This document shows positions 25,885-36,098 of a DNA stretch of 64,000 bases, in pieces. A program made the translations under genes and the position numbers. The DNA is taken from NCBI GenBank assembly GCA_051984555.1, contig JBPYEW010000225.1, forward strand, positions 12,626-76,625. The letters run 5' to 3'. The stretch comes from Terriglobales bacterium (GTDB lineage Bacteria; Acidobacteriota; Terriglobia; Terriglobales; Acidobacteriaceae). Position 1 is the stretch's first letter. Every line of letters begins with the position of its first letter. A model generated the notes under the pieces. It searched no databases, was not told the DNA's origin, and saw nothing but the letters and a program-made list of their open reading frames with translations.

Positions 25885-26880
25885 TCACCTATTGGTCGAC
25901 GGCGTCTCGCTGGTTGGCGGTTTCATATTCGGCGTGCCGGCCGCCCCGGCAGGCTGCTGACTCAGCGACTTAACATATTCCACGAGCGCGTTGAGTTGCT
26001 CCTCGCTCACCATCCCCTGGAACGTCGGCATAACCGGTTTAAATCCGGAAACTACCTTCGCCCCTGGGTTCAAGATCGATTCCCGGACGTAGTTCTCATC
26101 GGCAAGCACGGTGCGTCCGTCGTCCAGCAAAACAGGCTTTCCGAATACTCCGACAAGATTGGGACCACGTCCCTGGGTGTCCGTCCGGTGGCAAGTGTTG
26201 CACCCCAGCGACTGGAACAATCCTTGACCGGTATCGGCTAGCGAGCCAGAGGGAGCCCCGCCACTGGCCCATGCCTGGTAGTCCTTCGCCTCCATGACGA
26301 TGACGTCACCTATCATCCCCGAGTGCATCGTTCCGCAATACTCGGCGCAGAACAGGTGATACACACCCGGTTTGGTGGCGCGGAACCAGGCCACTGTGTA
26401 GCGGCCCGGCAGCACGTCCTGCTTGATCCGAAACGCCGGAACGTAGAAGCTGTGAATCACATCTTGAGAGGTCATGATCATGCGCACATCGCGGCCCACG
26501 GGTACATGGAGCTCGTTGATCTCGCGCTGACCCTCCGCATGCTGGAACTTCCACATCCACTGCTTGGCGACGGTGTAGATTTCAGCCGAATCCTTAGGCG
26601 GGGTGCGTTCCTGGAAATAAATGACCGATCCCCAAACGAAAATGCACAGAAAAATACCCAAGGGGATGAAGGTCCAGGTGAATTCCAGAGCATTGGAACC
26701 TTCGATCTGTTCAGCCAGAATGCCAGGCTGTCGCCGATACCTGATCACGAAGATCGCAATCATCGTGAAGATGGCCAGGCACATAAATCCGCAAAGCGTG
26801 ATCAGGAAGATTAAAAGCGCATCGACATTTCCCGCAAAATTCGACGCCCTGACCGGCCAAAGTGGAATATTTTGAAACAT
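25885..26880 (-). CDS. ctaC: Cytochrome c oxidase subunit II with fused C-terminal cytochrome c domain (caa3 type)
   Basis: CuA site [12 protein letters not shown] and heme c site CNTCH, with two N-terminal TM helices. Confidence 0.9.
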   Translation of the reverse strand: MFQNIPLWPVRASNFAGNVDALLIFLITLCGFMCLAIFTMIAIFVIRYRRQPGILAEQIEGSNALEFTWTFIPLGIFLCIFVWGSVIYFQERTPPKDSAEIYTVAKQWMWKFQHAEGQREINELHVPVGRDVRMIMTSQDVIHSFYVPAFRIKQDVLPGRYTVAWFRATKPGVYHLFCAEYCGTMHSGMIGDVIVMEAKDYQAWASGGAPSGSLADTGQGLFQSLGCNTCHRTDTQGRGPNLVGVFGKPVLLDDGRTVLADENYVRESILNPGAKVVSGFKPVMPTFQGMVSEEQLNALVEYVKSLSQQPAGAAGTPNMKPPTSETPSTNR

Positions 26881-26883
26881 GAT

Positions 26884-27732
26884 TTACTTGGTCCGTTCTG
26901 CTCCCATGTTGTGATCACGCCGGAACATCATGATCATGAAACCGCCCAGCAACACCATCGTCGCAACTCCCGCCAGTCGCAGCGCGCGGAAGATCACGAG
27001 GTTGTATTTTCCGGCCTCGACGTCATAGTGATAGCAGTAGAGAAGAATCTGGTCTGCCAGGTTGCCAATTTTCCCTTGTGAAGCCTGCACCATGGCAAGT
27101 CGCAGATCGCTCGGCGGGAACTCCACGCCATAGTAGTACTGCGCAATCTTCCCCTGCGGAGTCAGGACCATGATCGCCGTAGAATGCGCGAACTGCCCCG
27201 TCTTCTGATCGAAGTGGTACTGGAACCCCGCCGCCTTCGTCAACGCGGTGATTGATTCCTGCGCTCCGGTGAGAAAGTGCCATCCGTCGGCCGCGCTCGG
27301 ACGCCCATATCGCTTGAGATACTGGGCCTTACTAACCGACGCATCTTGCGGTGTCTCTCGAGGATCGAAGCTGATTGTGAGGACGTCAAAATCCTTGCCG
27401 ACATCGAACTTCATCCCTTTCATGGCACTAGTGAGACCCGCCAGCACTTCACTGCAAAGCATCGGACACTTGTAATAAACCGGATTTAAGATGAGAGGCC
27501 TTTTGCCGAAGTAGTCGCCCAACTTCACCGTCTCGCCGGTCTCATCGCGGAACGTCAAATCTGCTGGTATCTGCTGATTGAGGTGCTGCTCGATGCCAAC
27601 ATCTTTCAATCCGGGAGGACGCACATTGGCCGGAGGGCTCATAATGCCTGGCCCCATCCCCTGCGCATAGGCTGTCCCTACAAGCAGAGTCGTTAAGGCG
27701 ACAACGGCACAAATGTTAGCTTTGCAGCGCAC
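26884..27732 (-). CDS. SCO1/SenC-family copper chaperone
   Basis: Thioredoxin-fold CxxxC motif YYKCPMLCSEV, an N-terminal signal sequence, and an additional C-terminal TM helix. Confidence 0.85.
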   Translation of the reverse strand: MRCKANICAVVALTTLLVGTAYAQGMGPGIMSPPANVRPPGLKDVGIEQHLNQQIPADLTFRDETGETVKLGDYFGKRPLILNPVYYKCPMLCSEVLAGLTSAMKGMKFDVGKDFDVLTISFDPRETPQDASVSKAQYLKRYGRPSAADGWHFLTGAQESITALTKAAGFQYHFDQKTGQFAHSTAIMVLTPQGKIAQYYYGVEFPPSDLRLAMVQASQGKIGNLADQILLYCYHYDVEAGKYNLVIFRALRLAGVATMVLLGGFMIMMFRRDHNMGAERTK

Positions 27733-27743
27733 AGCTCTCCTTC

Positions 27744-28247
27744 CTATTCCTTTTGGGCCTTTGCTCCGGGTTGTTGCGCTTGTTGCTTCGCAGCGGGCTT
27801 CTGGCTTGGGTTACTGCCGGTTGTTGTAGGGCCGCTCTGCGAAGCGGTCGGCAACCCGCGCTGCACAATCAACTGCATGGCCCGTTCGACTGGGATGTGG
27901 GCAACGCCAGCATTCTGGTCAACCCATCCATACGTATTCAGTTTGTCCTCTTCCTGGCGTCGAAAGTCGTAAAGCTGCGATCGCTCATTCACTTCGAGCC
28001 TGGGAAGCGGAAATTTGTTAGCACTCGCGGGCGTAGGTTGCCGCAAGTCTTCGTTCGTTGTTTTGACCAGCGGGTTAACAGCAGCCTGGTGTCTCTTCTG
28101 GTACGTATCCAAGTAGGCGTACATACCAACCAGGATGATATGAATCAGCAATCCGGTAATCGCGAGCCCCGCCAGAAATCCAAGGATCCCGACAGCGCTG
28201 AGGTCTTCCCGTTCGTATTCAGTCTCTGGATGCCGGAGCTCAGTCAT
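27744..28247 (-). CDS. Membrane-anchored protein, possible ACIII accessory subunit
   Basis: 167 aa with one TM helix (GILGFLAGLAITGLLIHIILVGMYAYL). It sits between actF and the SCO gene and overlaps actF by 8 nt. I recognise no cofactor motif. Confidence 0.55.
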   Translation of the reverse strand: MTELRHPETEYEREDLSAVGILGFLAGLAITGLLIHIILVGMYAYLDTYQKRHQAAVNPLVKTTNEDLRQPTPASANKFPLPRLEVNERSQLYDFRRQEEDKLNTYGWVDQNAGVAHIPVERAMQLIVQRGLPTASQSGPTTTGSNPSQKPAAKQQAQQPGAKAQKE

Positions 28248-29445
28248 GCGCTGTCGCCTCCTCCAGCATGGGTTTCGTCATAGGGTCGAAAAGTGGTAGC
28301 AAGGGACGCAGCTTCAGGTTGTAGAAGAAGAGCCCCAGCCACAATCCGCCCATCGCCACAGGGATAATGATGTCGAGCCAATGAACAAACAGTCGCTTAT
28401 GCATATTTGGCTCGATAAACCAAAATAGGTCTGCAAATCGCATCACGATGAGAAGAATCGCGACTTTCGCCAACCGGCTCACAACGCGCTTGCGCTGGCG
28501 CGACAAAAGCAGGACGAAGGGAACGGCGAAGTGAAACAATGCCAGTGCCACACCTAAGTACTGCCAGCCCCCAAACCAACGCCGGTAGTACCAGCTGATT
28601 TCGTCCGGCAGGTTGCCTGACCAGATGATCAGCAACTGCGAGAAGGAGAAGTATGCCCACAACATCGTGAACGTGAGCATCAGGTTCGCATGGTCATGCA
28701 ATTCGGAGGGCTTAAGAATCTCCGCGAATGGCATGTGACGAAACAAAATCGCTTCGACGGCAACGAGAAAACACAGGGCCAGAAGCACTTGTCCGACAAT
28801 AAAGATCATCGGGTAAATGGTCGAAATCCAACGCGCGTCCAGCGACATCACCCAGTCGATCGCTGCAAATGAAATCGTGAATGCGTAAATAATCAATCCG
28901 GGAGCGCTGACTTTCTTATAGCGCTGGCTGAAGTCGCGTAAGGGGGCTTCATCCTGCTGGCGCGACCATTTGGTCAGAAGGTAGGTCATCCCCCACCAGA
29001 TCAACAGGAAAACGATCCCTCGCAGGGCGTACCCGGTCTGATTTAAGAATGGACCGGTGATCTCTTTTAACTCGGGAGTGGCGGCGACCTTTTCGGGTTT
29101 GGCCCAGTCGTAGAGATGATGGACGCCAATAATTAACGGGATGAACAGAACAGCCATCAGCGGCAAACAGTTCATGCCCGCTTCGAGAATCCGGCGTATT
29201 ACAAAGCCCCACTTTCCCCCAGTGAGGTACTGGACCATGAGCAGCGCCATGCAACCCAGACTCAAGCCCAACCATGCCATGAAACCGAGCAGGTAGGAGT
29301 GCATGAACTGCTCGCCCGGACTGACGAACAGTCCGATAATGGCCAGCAACGTACACAAACCACCGATCATCAGCGAGCGCTGCTGGATGGTCTGTGCAAC
29401 CGGCGGTGGCAACAGGTCGATATTGTGCACACGCGCGGTGCTCAT
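28240..29445 (-). CDS. actF: Alternative complex III subunit ActF-like polytopic membrane protein
   Basis: 401 aa and highly hydrophobic (about 10 helices). It holds the sixth position of the act operon and overlaps actE by 4 nt. Confidence 0.7.
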   Translation of the reverse strand: MSTARVHNIDLLPPPVAQTIQQRSLMIGGLCTLLAIIGLFVSPGEQFMHSYLLGFMAWLGLSLGCMALLMVQYLTGGKWGFVIRRILEAGMNCLPLMAVLFIPLIIGVHHLYDWAKPEKVAATPELKEITGPFLNQTGYALRGIVFLLIWWGMTYLLTKWSRQQDEAPLRDFSQRYKKVSAPGLIIYAFTISFAAIDWVMSLDARWISTIYPMIFIVGQVLLALCFLVAVEAILFRHMPFAEILKPSELHDHANLMLTFTMLWAYFSFSQLLIIWSGNLPDEISWYYRRWFGGWQYLGVALALFHFAVPFVLLLSRQRKRVVSRLAKVAILLIVMRFADLFWFIEPNMHKRLFVHWLDIIIPVAMGGLWLGLFFYNLKLRPLLPLFDPMTKPMLEEATAHD

Positions 29446-30134
29446 TCTGAACGCTCTCCCATCTTGTGCTCGGGCCCTGAGATCCGATTTCTTTCTGAGG
29501 GAACCCCTGGTTCATCCAATGTGGCTCCCGATCCAGGATCTCCCCGGAATCTTGGCGGCTCGGACGGTATTTGCTGCCCTTGCGGAATGTCTGATGTCGT
29601 CGCGCCTTGGCTCAACTGCAGCGCGCGGATGTAGCTGACAATTGCCCAACGGTCTTGCGGCGAAATTTGTGACGCATAGTCCGGCATCATCCCAAAGCCG
29701 TGCGTCATGACGTCGAAGAAGTACCCCAAGGGGGCTTTGCGAAGACGATCAATGTGAAACGACGGAGGAATTCTGGCGAATCCGCGTTTCGGGACATACC
29801 CATTGCCATCACCCACTCGCGAGTGGCAGGGGGAACAGTAAATATTGAAACGCTCTCTTCCGCGCTCCACCAATTCCTGAGTCACGGGGAAAGGCATATA
29901 GTCTCCGGGATTGTTGGTACCCGGAATCATGCCTGAATAGAAATAGCTGTCTTCGTGTGCCTGACCGCGTGCCACGGCCCCCTCGACGGGGGGACGCGAC
30001 GACCTGAGATCGGCGTAGAAATCACTTTTCGCCAGCGGCTTAAACTTTGGTTGGTCGTGCATGTCCTGACGACATCCGGCGATCACGATCAGTGCCAAGA
30101 GACCGACAGGCGCAATGGTTCGGAGATTCACCAT
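29442..30134 (-). CDS. actE: Alternative complex III monoheme cytochrome c subunit
   Basis: A single CSPCH heme-binding site. There is a lipoprotein-like N-terminus, LIVIAGC. Confidence 0.8.
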   Translation of the reverse strand: MVNLRTIAPVGLLALIVIAGCRQDMHDQPKFKPLAKSDFYADLRSSRPPVEGAVARGQAHEDSYFYSGMIPGTNNPGDYMPFPVTQELVERGRERFNIYCSPCHSRVGDGNGYVPKRGFARIPPSFHIDRLRKAPLGYFFDVMTHGFGMMPDYASQISPQDRWAIVSYIRALQLSQGATTSDIPQGQQIPSEPPRFRGDPGSGATLDEPGVPSERNRISGPEHKMGERSE

Positions 30135-30137
30135 GAT

Positions 30138-30674
30138 CTAGCTTGGCACCTCCGAGATCGCATGCGGTTCCATGCTCTCAAGGAATCTGCGGGTTGCGAC
30201 CAGATCGTACTTGGCGTCGGAAGAAAAAATAATGAGAAAAAATCTGTCTTTCGTCGCAAACGCAAACCGCGGCACATTGAAAACCGGGTGGTAAGGCATG
30301 GGCAAACCATTCAGGGCCAACATGCCGAACACCGCCGCCAACCCGGCAAACAGGATTGTCATTTCAAACGTGACCACGATAAACGCTGGCCACGAGTTCA
30401 GCGGGCGACCGCCGATGTTAATCGGATAATTGATCGCGGCAATCCAGTACTGCATCGTGTACCCGCCGATGCAGCCAAGCAAGCCACCGATCAACACCAC
30501 AAGCGGCACTCCGCTGCGGTGAAATCCAATCGCATCCGCAACTTCCTCGATGGGGAACGGCGTGTACGCGTCGATCTTGCGATAACCTTCGGCGTACGTT
30601 CGCTCGGCGGCCTTGATCAGATCGGCCGGATTCTCGAATTCAGCCATCAAGCCGTAGATAGGATCACGCCTCAT
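30138..30674 (-). CDS. actD: Alternative complex III subunit ActD (DUF3341-like)
   Basis: 178 aa with an N-terminal soluble part followed by two TM helices. It overlaps actC by 4 nt. The call rests on position and size. Confidence 0.7.
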   Translation of the reverse strand: MRRDPIYGLMAEFENPADLIKAAERTYAEGYRKIDAYTPFPIEEVADAIGFHRSGVPLVVLIGGLLGCIGGYTMQYWIAAINYPINIGGRPLNSWPAFIVVTFEMTILFAGLAAVFGMLALNGLPMPYHPVFNVPRFAFATKDRFFLIIFSSDAKYDLVATRRFLESMEPHAISEVPS

Positions 30675-32050
30675 TCGGCCTTCACCTCCTTGGCCTCAGG
30701 AAGAAGCGTGCGCATCTCGAAGATCGAGATCATCGGCAGAATACGAATGAACAGGAAGAAGGCTGCCAGGAAGAATCCAAGCGTCCCGATAAACGTCATC
30801 CAGTCCCATCGGGTCGGGTAGTACATGCCCCAGGAAGAGTTCAGGAAGTCGCGATGCAAACTGACCACGACGATGACGAATCGCTCCAGCCACATCCCCA
30901 CCAAAACGACCGTTGCAACCACAAAGACAAGGATAGGCCGGGTCCGCCATTTCCTGATCCAGAGCAACTGCGGGAAGATAATGTTGCAGAACAACAGCAT
31001 GTAGTAAAAGAACGCATACGGCCCATGCAGCCGATTCCAAAGCAGGTAATTATCGTATCGATTGCCTCCATACCAATTCATGAAGGCTTCCATGGCGTAG
31101 CCGTAAGCGACGATGAGTCCCGTGGCGAGCATCACCTTCGACGAATTCTCGATATGGCGCAGCGTGATGAAATCTTCCAACCCATACAGTTTTCGAATCG
31201 GAATAGCCAGCATGAGCACCATGGCGAATCCGGAGTAGATAGCCCCCGCGACGAAGTACGGCGGGAAGATAGTCGTATGCCAGCCCGGAACAATTGCAAC
31301 CGCAAAATCGAAACTAACTACGGTGTGGACTGACAGCACGAGTGGAGTCGCCAGCCCGGCCAACAGCAGGTACGACATCTCGTAACGCTTCCAGTGTCGC
31401 GCTGATCCGCGCCAGCCCATGGCCAGCATTCCGTAGATCATCGCAGCCCACTTGTTTTCCGCTCGATCGCGCAGCGTGGCCAAGTCAGGTATCAGTCCGA
31501 TGAACCAGAACACCAGAGAAATCGTGAAGTAAGTGGAAACCGCGAATACGTCCCACACGAGCGGGCTTCGGAACTGCGGCCAGTAATTCATGCTGTTCGG
31601 ATACGGGAACAGCCAATACGCCAACCATGGGCGGCCCAGGTGCAACACTGGAAACAGGCCTGCGCAGGAAACCGCGAAAAGCGTCATAGCCTCAGCGAAG
31701 CGATTGATTGAGTTACGCCACTCTTGCCGCAGCAACAAGAGAATTGCCGAAATCAACGTGCCGGCGTGTCCGATTCCGATCCACCAAACGAAGTTGACGA
31801 TCGCAAATCCCCAGCCGACGGGGATGTTGACGCCCCAGATGCCGACACCGCGAACGAACAGGTATCCAATGGCGAACAAGAGCATCTGCGTGATCAAAAA
31901 TGCTATGCCGAACCCGAGTATCCAACCATTGGATACAGGCCGCGTCAGCACGATCGAGCTGATCTTGTCGGTAATGGTAGAGAAAGTGTGGCCCGGAGCA
32001 ATGACCGGCGCCTTTCTCCGCCCGACCGTTACTGGTGTTTGCTCGTCCAT
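30671..32050 (-). CDS. actC: Alternative complex III quinol-interacting NrfD/PsrC-like membrane subunit
   Basis: 459 aa and polytopic. The start forms a TAATG overlap with the actB stop. Confidence 0.8.
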   Translation of the reverse strand: MDEQTPVTVGRRKAPVIAPGHTFSTITDKISSIVLTRPVSNGWILGFGIAFLITQMLLFAIGYLFVRGVGIWGVNIPVGWGFAIVNFVWWIGIGHAGTLISAILLLLRQEWRNSINRFAEAMTLFAVSCAGLFPVLHLGRPWLAYWLFPYPNSMNYWPQFRSPLVWDVFAVSTYFTISLVFWFIGLIPDLATLRDRAENKWAAMIYGMLAMGWRGSARHWKRYEMSYLLLAGLATPLVLSVHTVVSFDFAVAIVPGWHTTIFPPYFVAGAIYSGFAMVLMLAIPIRKLYGLEDFITLRHIENSSKVMLATGLIVAYGYAMEAFMNWYGGNRYDNYLLWNRLHGPYAFFYYMLLFCNIIFPQLLWIRKWRTRPILVFVVATVVLVGMWLERFVIVVVSLHRDFLNSSWGMYYPTRWDWMTFIGTLGFFLAAFFLFIRILPMISIFEMRTLLPEAKEVKAE

Positions 32051-35000
32051 TAGCTGCGCTCGCCTTCGAGTTCAGGGTTAGGGTTTCGCACTGCGGCAAG
32101 GTAGGTTGTACGCGGCCTGGTATTGAGATCCTCGAGAAGTCCGTAGTTTCGGGGTCCCGCTTTCAACTTAGCCACCTTGCTGTTCGGATCGTTGATGTTG
32201 CCGAAGAGGATGGCGTTCGCCGGGCAAGACTGCTGGCACGCAGTCTGCAACTCGCCGTCCTGGATCCTCACCTCCCGATTTTCGCGAACCGAAGCTGTCT
32301 CGGCATCGATTCGGTGTTGCGTGATGCGTTGCACGCAGTAGGTGCACTTCTCCATGACACCGCGACTGCGCACGGTCACATCGGGATTACGCATCATTTT
32401 GAATTGCGGCGTCTCCCAGTCCTGGAATCGCAGGAAATTAAACCGCCGTACCTTGTAAGGACAGTTGTTTGAACAATAGCGCGTACCCACGCAGCGGTTG
32501 TAGACCATGTCGTTCAAACCTTCCGTGCTGTGCACGGTCGCTCCGACCGGACAAACCACTTCGCAAGGTGCGTTCTCACAGTGCATACAGGGAACCGGCT
32601 GAAAATAGGCATCGGGGGTGTTGCGATCCCCCTGGTAGTACGTATCAACCCGCAGCCAGTGCATGTGACGGCCAAGATTCGTCTGTTCCTTGCCGACGAC
32701 TGCAATGTTGTTCTCCGATTGGCAAGCAACAATACAGTTGTTGCACCCCACGCAGGCGTTCAAGTCGATCGCCATACCCCACGCGTAAGGTTCTTTGCTG
32801 TAGTCAAAACCGGGAACCGTCGGATAGAGCGACAACTCGGGCTTTTGCAACTCTTCTTGAGCGAAGTCGGGCTTGCCCTTGTATTCCGGCAGCGGCGCAT
32901 GACGGACCAGCGGCCGGGCACCAACGGCTGTCTCCATGGTCTGATACCCTTGGGTACTCGCCAGCTCATAAAAGCCGCTTACTGCTCGAACATTTATGCC
33001 CGTCGCAAACCAAGGAATCGCGCTGTTTCGCAGCTGATACGCATCGAAACCAAAACCGGTTCCAGTTCGTCCCGCGCGCGTTCGTCCATAGCCTAAGTAA
33101 ACACTGACGGAATTATCGGGATGACCAGCCTGAACCCAGACTGCCATCGGCATCTTCTTGCCCTGGACCTCGATCTCAACCATGTCCTTGCTCTGGACTT
33201 TGAGCCGATCTGCCATTGCGGGTCCCATAAGCACCGGGTTGTCCCATGTCAGCTTGCTCAGAGGCTTTGGCAATTCCTGAAGCCAGGCATTGTTCGAGAA
33301 TCGTCCGTCGTAAATGGAAGGATCGCGACGGAAATTGATTTCAGTTCCGTTCACATCCTGGGTGCTGGCGGGAAAACTTGTAGCTTTGATTGTGACCTGG
33401 CGCTGCGGCAGGCCCGAACCGTCTACGAATCCGTCATTGAGCGACTTCCGCCAAAACGCTTCAAAATCTGCTCCGGCGTGCTGCTGTTGCCAGTAGCCTC
33501 GCACAATTTCGTAAGCGGTTGCGTCCCCCTGTCCAGCAAGCAAAGCCATGAACTCGTGCACGCTCTTGCCCGAATAAAGCGGCGCTATCAACGGTTGCAC
33601 GATGCTGACGGTTCCGTCGTAGGCGCGCGTATCGCTCCACCCCTCAAGGTAGTGGGCTTCGTTAACATTCCATTGACACAATTCGGCGGTTTCGTTCGCG
33701 TGCTGCCCAAGGTACACACGCATCGGCGCGCCGCTATTCTTGAGAGCATCTGCGAAACCCAGATCGGCGGGAGCGTCATATGCGGGATTGCCGCCCAGGA
33801 TCAGCAGCATGTCGACTTTACTTGCCCGCATGTCACTCACTAACTCCCGAATTCCGCTGGTCTGGTCGTCTGTGTTGACGAGAACAGGGTCCGTGTAGAC
33901 AACCGTTTTCCCAATGTTCCCTAGCGCGGCGTTGATTGCGTGCCCCAGTGCATGGACAACCGGCGACTGCTGTTCGCCGACGATCACCACGCTTGATCCG
34001 CGATGAGACTGCAGCTCCTTGGCTATCGCGCTTGAGAACTTGTTCTGATCGCCGGACAAAGAACCTGCGCCGGCATTTACCCCGAGAGCAGAAGCCAAGG
34101 CCCGCGCAAACTGCTCGATGTCAACTGCGCGAAGAGGTAAACGATGGTCGGCTTTGAAGCCAGTCGAGGTGGGAGTGCTCTCCACCACGTACATGCGACT
34201 CATGTTGCCGTCGGGATTTCTTCGTGACGCATAATCGCGCGCATACCGGGTGAATCCCGGAAATCCGGCGTAGAGGAAGTCCGCATCCAGAGAGACAATC
34301 ACATCTGCGGCATCGAGCTTGTACTGCGCATCCACCGCTTGACCAAAAGCCATACGCGATCCCGCGTAGAAATTGTCTCGGTTAACCGGCTCGTACACGA
34401 TCCACCGCGCCGCGGGAAATGTCTTGAGGAACTGGTCCATTTGAGCAGCCAGCGTCGGCGAAGAGCTAGCTTGACTCAGAACACGGATACCCTCACCCTG
34501 CAGTCCTTTTTGAATATTCAAAGGCCCGCGAAATGCATTTAAGAAAGCTCCCCACGAGTACGGATCGCCCAAATAGGTCGTGGTTTGTAATCGATCAGGG
34601 TCGTAGAGATCCAGCAATGACGCCTGGGAGTAAACGTCGGTTCCGCCCATGCTGACTGGATGCTTATCGTTGCCTTCGATCTTCGTCGGACGCCCCATGT
34701 GGCTCGTAACCAGGAGCGGAGTCGCATAGCCGCCCAGGGTAAAAGCAGTGGCGTAAGTCAAGGGACGACCCGGAACAATTTCTTCCGGCTGGCGAACGTA
34801 CGGAACAATAGGCTCGGGCGGTTGCTTCGTACAGCCGGTCATGCCAGCGAGGGCAAGCGAAGCACCCATTAGCTTGAGGAAGCCGCGGCGTGATACGGCG
34901 TCCAACCACTCCGATGCACCCTTCGGAAACTCGCGGTGCATCATCTCCTGAAACCCCGGGCTGCCCGCCAGTTCTTCCAGGCTGCGCCAGTATTCGGGTC

Positions 35001-35103
35001 CCTTGGCTTCGGCCAGCTTGGCGCGAACTGAATCCAACTCAAGCCTGTCCTTCTTGCCCGGACAAACTTCCTCGTGTCGCTCGTGTTTGTCTTGTTCTTG
35101 CAT
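32050..35103 (-). CDS. actB: Alternative complex III ActB (molybdopterin-oxidoreductase-like domain fused to a 4Fe-4S ferredoxin domain)
   Basis: 1017 aa. It has the Tat signal SRRGFLKLMGASLALAG and C-terminal Fe-S motifs CVGCNNCIVAC, CMHCENAPCEVVCP and CTYCVQR. Confidence 0.9.
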   Translation of the reverse strand: MQEQDKHERHEEVCPGKKDRLELDSVRAKLAEAKGPEYWRSLEELAGSPGFQEMMHREFPKGASEWLDAVSRRGFLKLMGASLALAGMTGCTKQPPEPIVPYVRQPEEIVPGRPLTYATAFTLGGYATPLLVTSHMGRPTKIEGNDKHPVSMGGTDVYSQASLLDLYDPDRLQTTTYLGDPYSWGAFLNAFRGPLNIQKGLQGEGIRVLSQASSSPTLAAQMDQFLKTFPAARWIVYEPVNRDNFYAGSRMAFGQAVDAQYKLDAADVIVSLDADFLYAGFPGFTRYARDYASRRNPDGNMSRMYVVESTPTSTGFKADHRLPLRAVDIEQFARALASALGVNAGAGSLSGDQNKFSSAIAKELQSHRGSSVVIVGEQQSPVVHALGHAINAALGNIGKTVVYTDPVLVNTDDQTSGIRELVSDMRASKVDMLLILGGNPAYDAPADLGFADALKNSGAPMRVYLGQHANETAELCQWNVNEAHYLEGWSDTRAYDGTVSIVQPLIAPLYSGKSVHEFMALLAGQGDATAYEIVRGYWQQQHAGADFEAFWRKSLNDGFVDGSGLPQRQVTIKATSFPASTQDVNGTEINFRRDPSIYDGRFSNNAWLQELPKPLSKLTWDNPVLMGPAMADRLKVQSKDMVEIEVQGKKMPMAVWVQAGHPDNSVSVYLGYGRTRAGRTGTGFGFDAYQLRNSAIPWFATGINVRAVSGFYELASTQGYQTMETAVGARPLVRHAPLPEYKGKPDFAQEELQKPELSLYPTVPGFDYSKEPYAWGMAIDLNACVGCNNCIVACQSENNIAVVGKEQTNLGRHMHWLRVDTYYQGDRNTPDAYFQPVPCMHCENAPCEVVCPVGATVHSTEGLNDMVYNRCVGTRYCSNNCPYKVRRFNFLRFQDWETPQFKMMRNPDVTVRSRGVMEKCTYCVQRITQHRIDAETASVRENREVRIQDGELQTACQQSCPANAILFGNINDPNSKVAKLKAGPRNYGLLEDLNTRPRTTYLAAVRNPNPELEGERS

Positions 35104-35144
35104 CAGCTAGCTAATCAGCTTCCTTACTCGCACGGTCCGTAGTG

Positions 35145-35843
35145 TTAGCGATGACAGGTGTTGCAACTGGTAATGTCCTGCACGGTCCGCAGACTGTATT
35201 TTTTCACCAGGTAAAGACCCAATGAGTCTTGATCCGTAAATGTTTGCCCATCCAGCGCGACGGGGCTCGAAGGCGTCGGCTGCTCATAACGCATATTGAA
35301 AACCTGGTCGCGAGGACGCAAGTTCTTCTCCGGTGCCCGATGGCAGTTCAAGCACCATTCCATCTGAAGTGACGCATAGTTGTACATCAGGGGCATGCGA
35401 TCCACAGGGCCATGACAGGTGTTGCAACCAACACCCTTGGTCACGTGAATGCTGTGATCGAAATAGACAAAATCCGGAAGATCATTCACGCGCGTCCATA
35501 TCAGCGACTGTCCGGTGCGATAACTCTCACGCACAGGTTCCAGCATCGGCGCCTTGGTCCAGATCTGTGCATGACAGTTCATGCACGTTTTCGTGGGCGG
35601 AATGCCGGCAAAACGCGATACCTCCACCGACGTATGGCAGTAACGGCAATCGATTCCGAGTCCAGCAACATGGTGCTGGTGACTGAATGGGACCGGTTGC
35701 GGACGGGCGACGCCTGCATAAGTCACATATGGCGAACGCTGGATCTGCGCCATGGCCCAAAAGACGAACGACACTACGAACACCGCGCCAAAAATGGTCG
35801 CGCGCGAAATGCTGTTAGTACTGCGATGAAAAGTTTGGGCCAT
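35145..35843 (-). CDS. actA: Alternative complex III pentaheme cytochrome c
   Basis: Five CxxCH sites (CRYCH, CMNCH, CNTCH, CLNCH, CNTCH) and an N-terminal TM anchor. Confidence 0.85.
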   Translation of the reverse strand: MAQTFHRSTNSISRATIFGAVFVVSFVFWAMAQIQRSPYVTYAGVARPQPVPFSHQHHVAGLGIDCRYCHTSVEVSRFAGIPPTKTCMNCHAQIWTKAPMLEPVRESYRTGQSLIWTRVNDLPDFVYFDHSIHVTKGVGCNTCHGPVDRMPLMYNYASLQMEWCLNCHRAPEKNLRPRDQVFNMRYEQPTPSSPVALDGQTFTDQDSLGLYLVKKYSLRTVQDITSCNTCHR

Positions 35844-35951
35844 CGATGATGAAACGTTCCAACGATGCGGGAACTTGCGGTTCCCGGTTTATGCAGCTTA
35901 CTTTGGGTCACCCTTCACAGGAGGTCGTGATCCCACTCACGAAAACTTGTG

Positions 35952-35979
35952 ATTATAACAGCCGGGAGGATGTTGTCGA
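35952..35979 (-). promoter_or_regulatory. Sigma-70-like promoter candidate for the act-sco-cta operon
   Basis: On the minus strand, TCGACA (35974-35979), a 16-nt spacer and TATAAT (35952-35957), about 105 nt upstream of the actA ATG. Confidence 0.4.
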
Positions 35980-36098
35980 ATCAAGGTTGACGTGCGCCCG
36001 AAAAAAATTAAGAGAAATTGGATTATGAGTTGAATAATTTAACGAGGGTTCCCCGCAAGCAACGGTTCACGCATTGGCTTGCGAGCAATTGCTCCTCG

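Noticed and set aside
35980-36098. Terminator for the aldehyde dehydrogenase gene (palindrome GAGCAATTGCTC and stem CGCAAGC/GCTTGCG).
   Set aside because: The palindrome leaves essentially no loop. The second stem has a 16-nt loop and no following U-tract, so support is insufficient.
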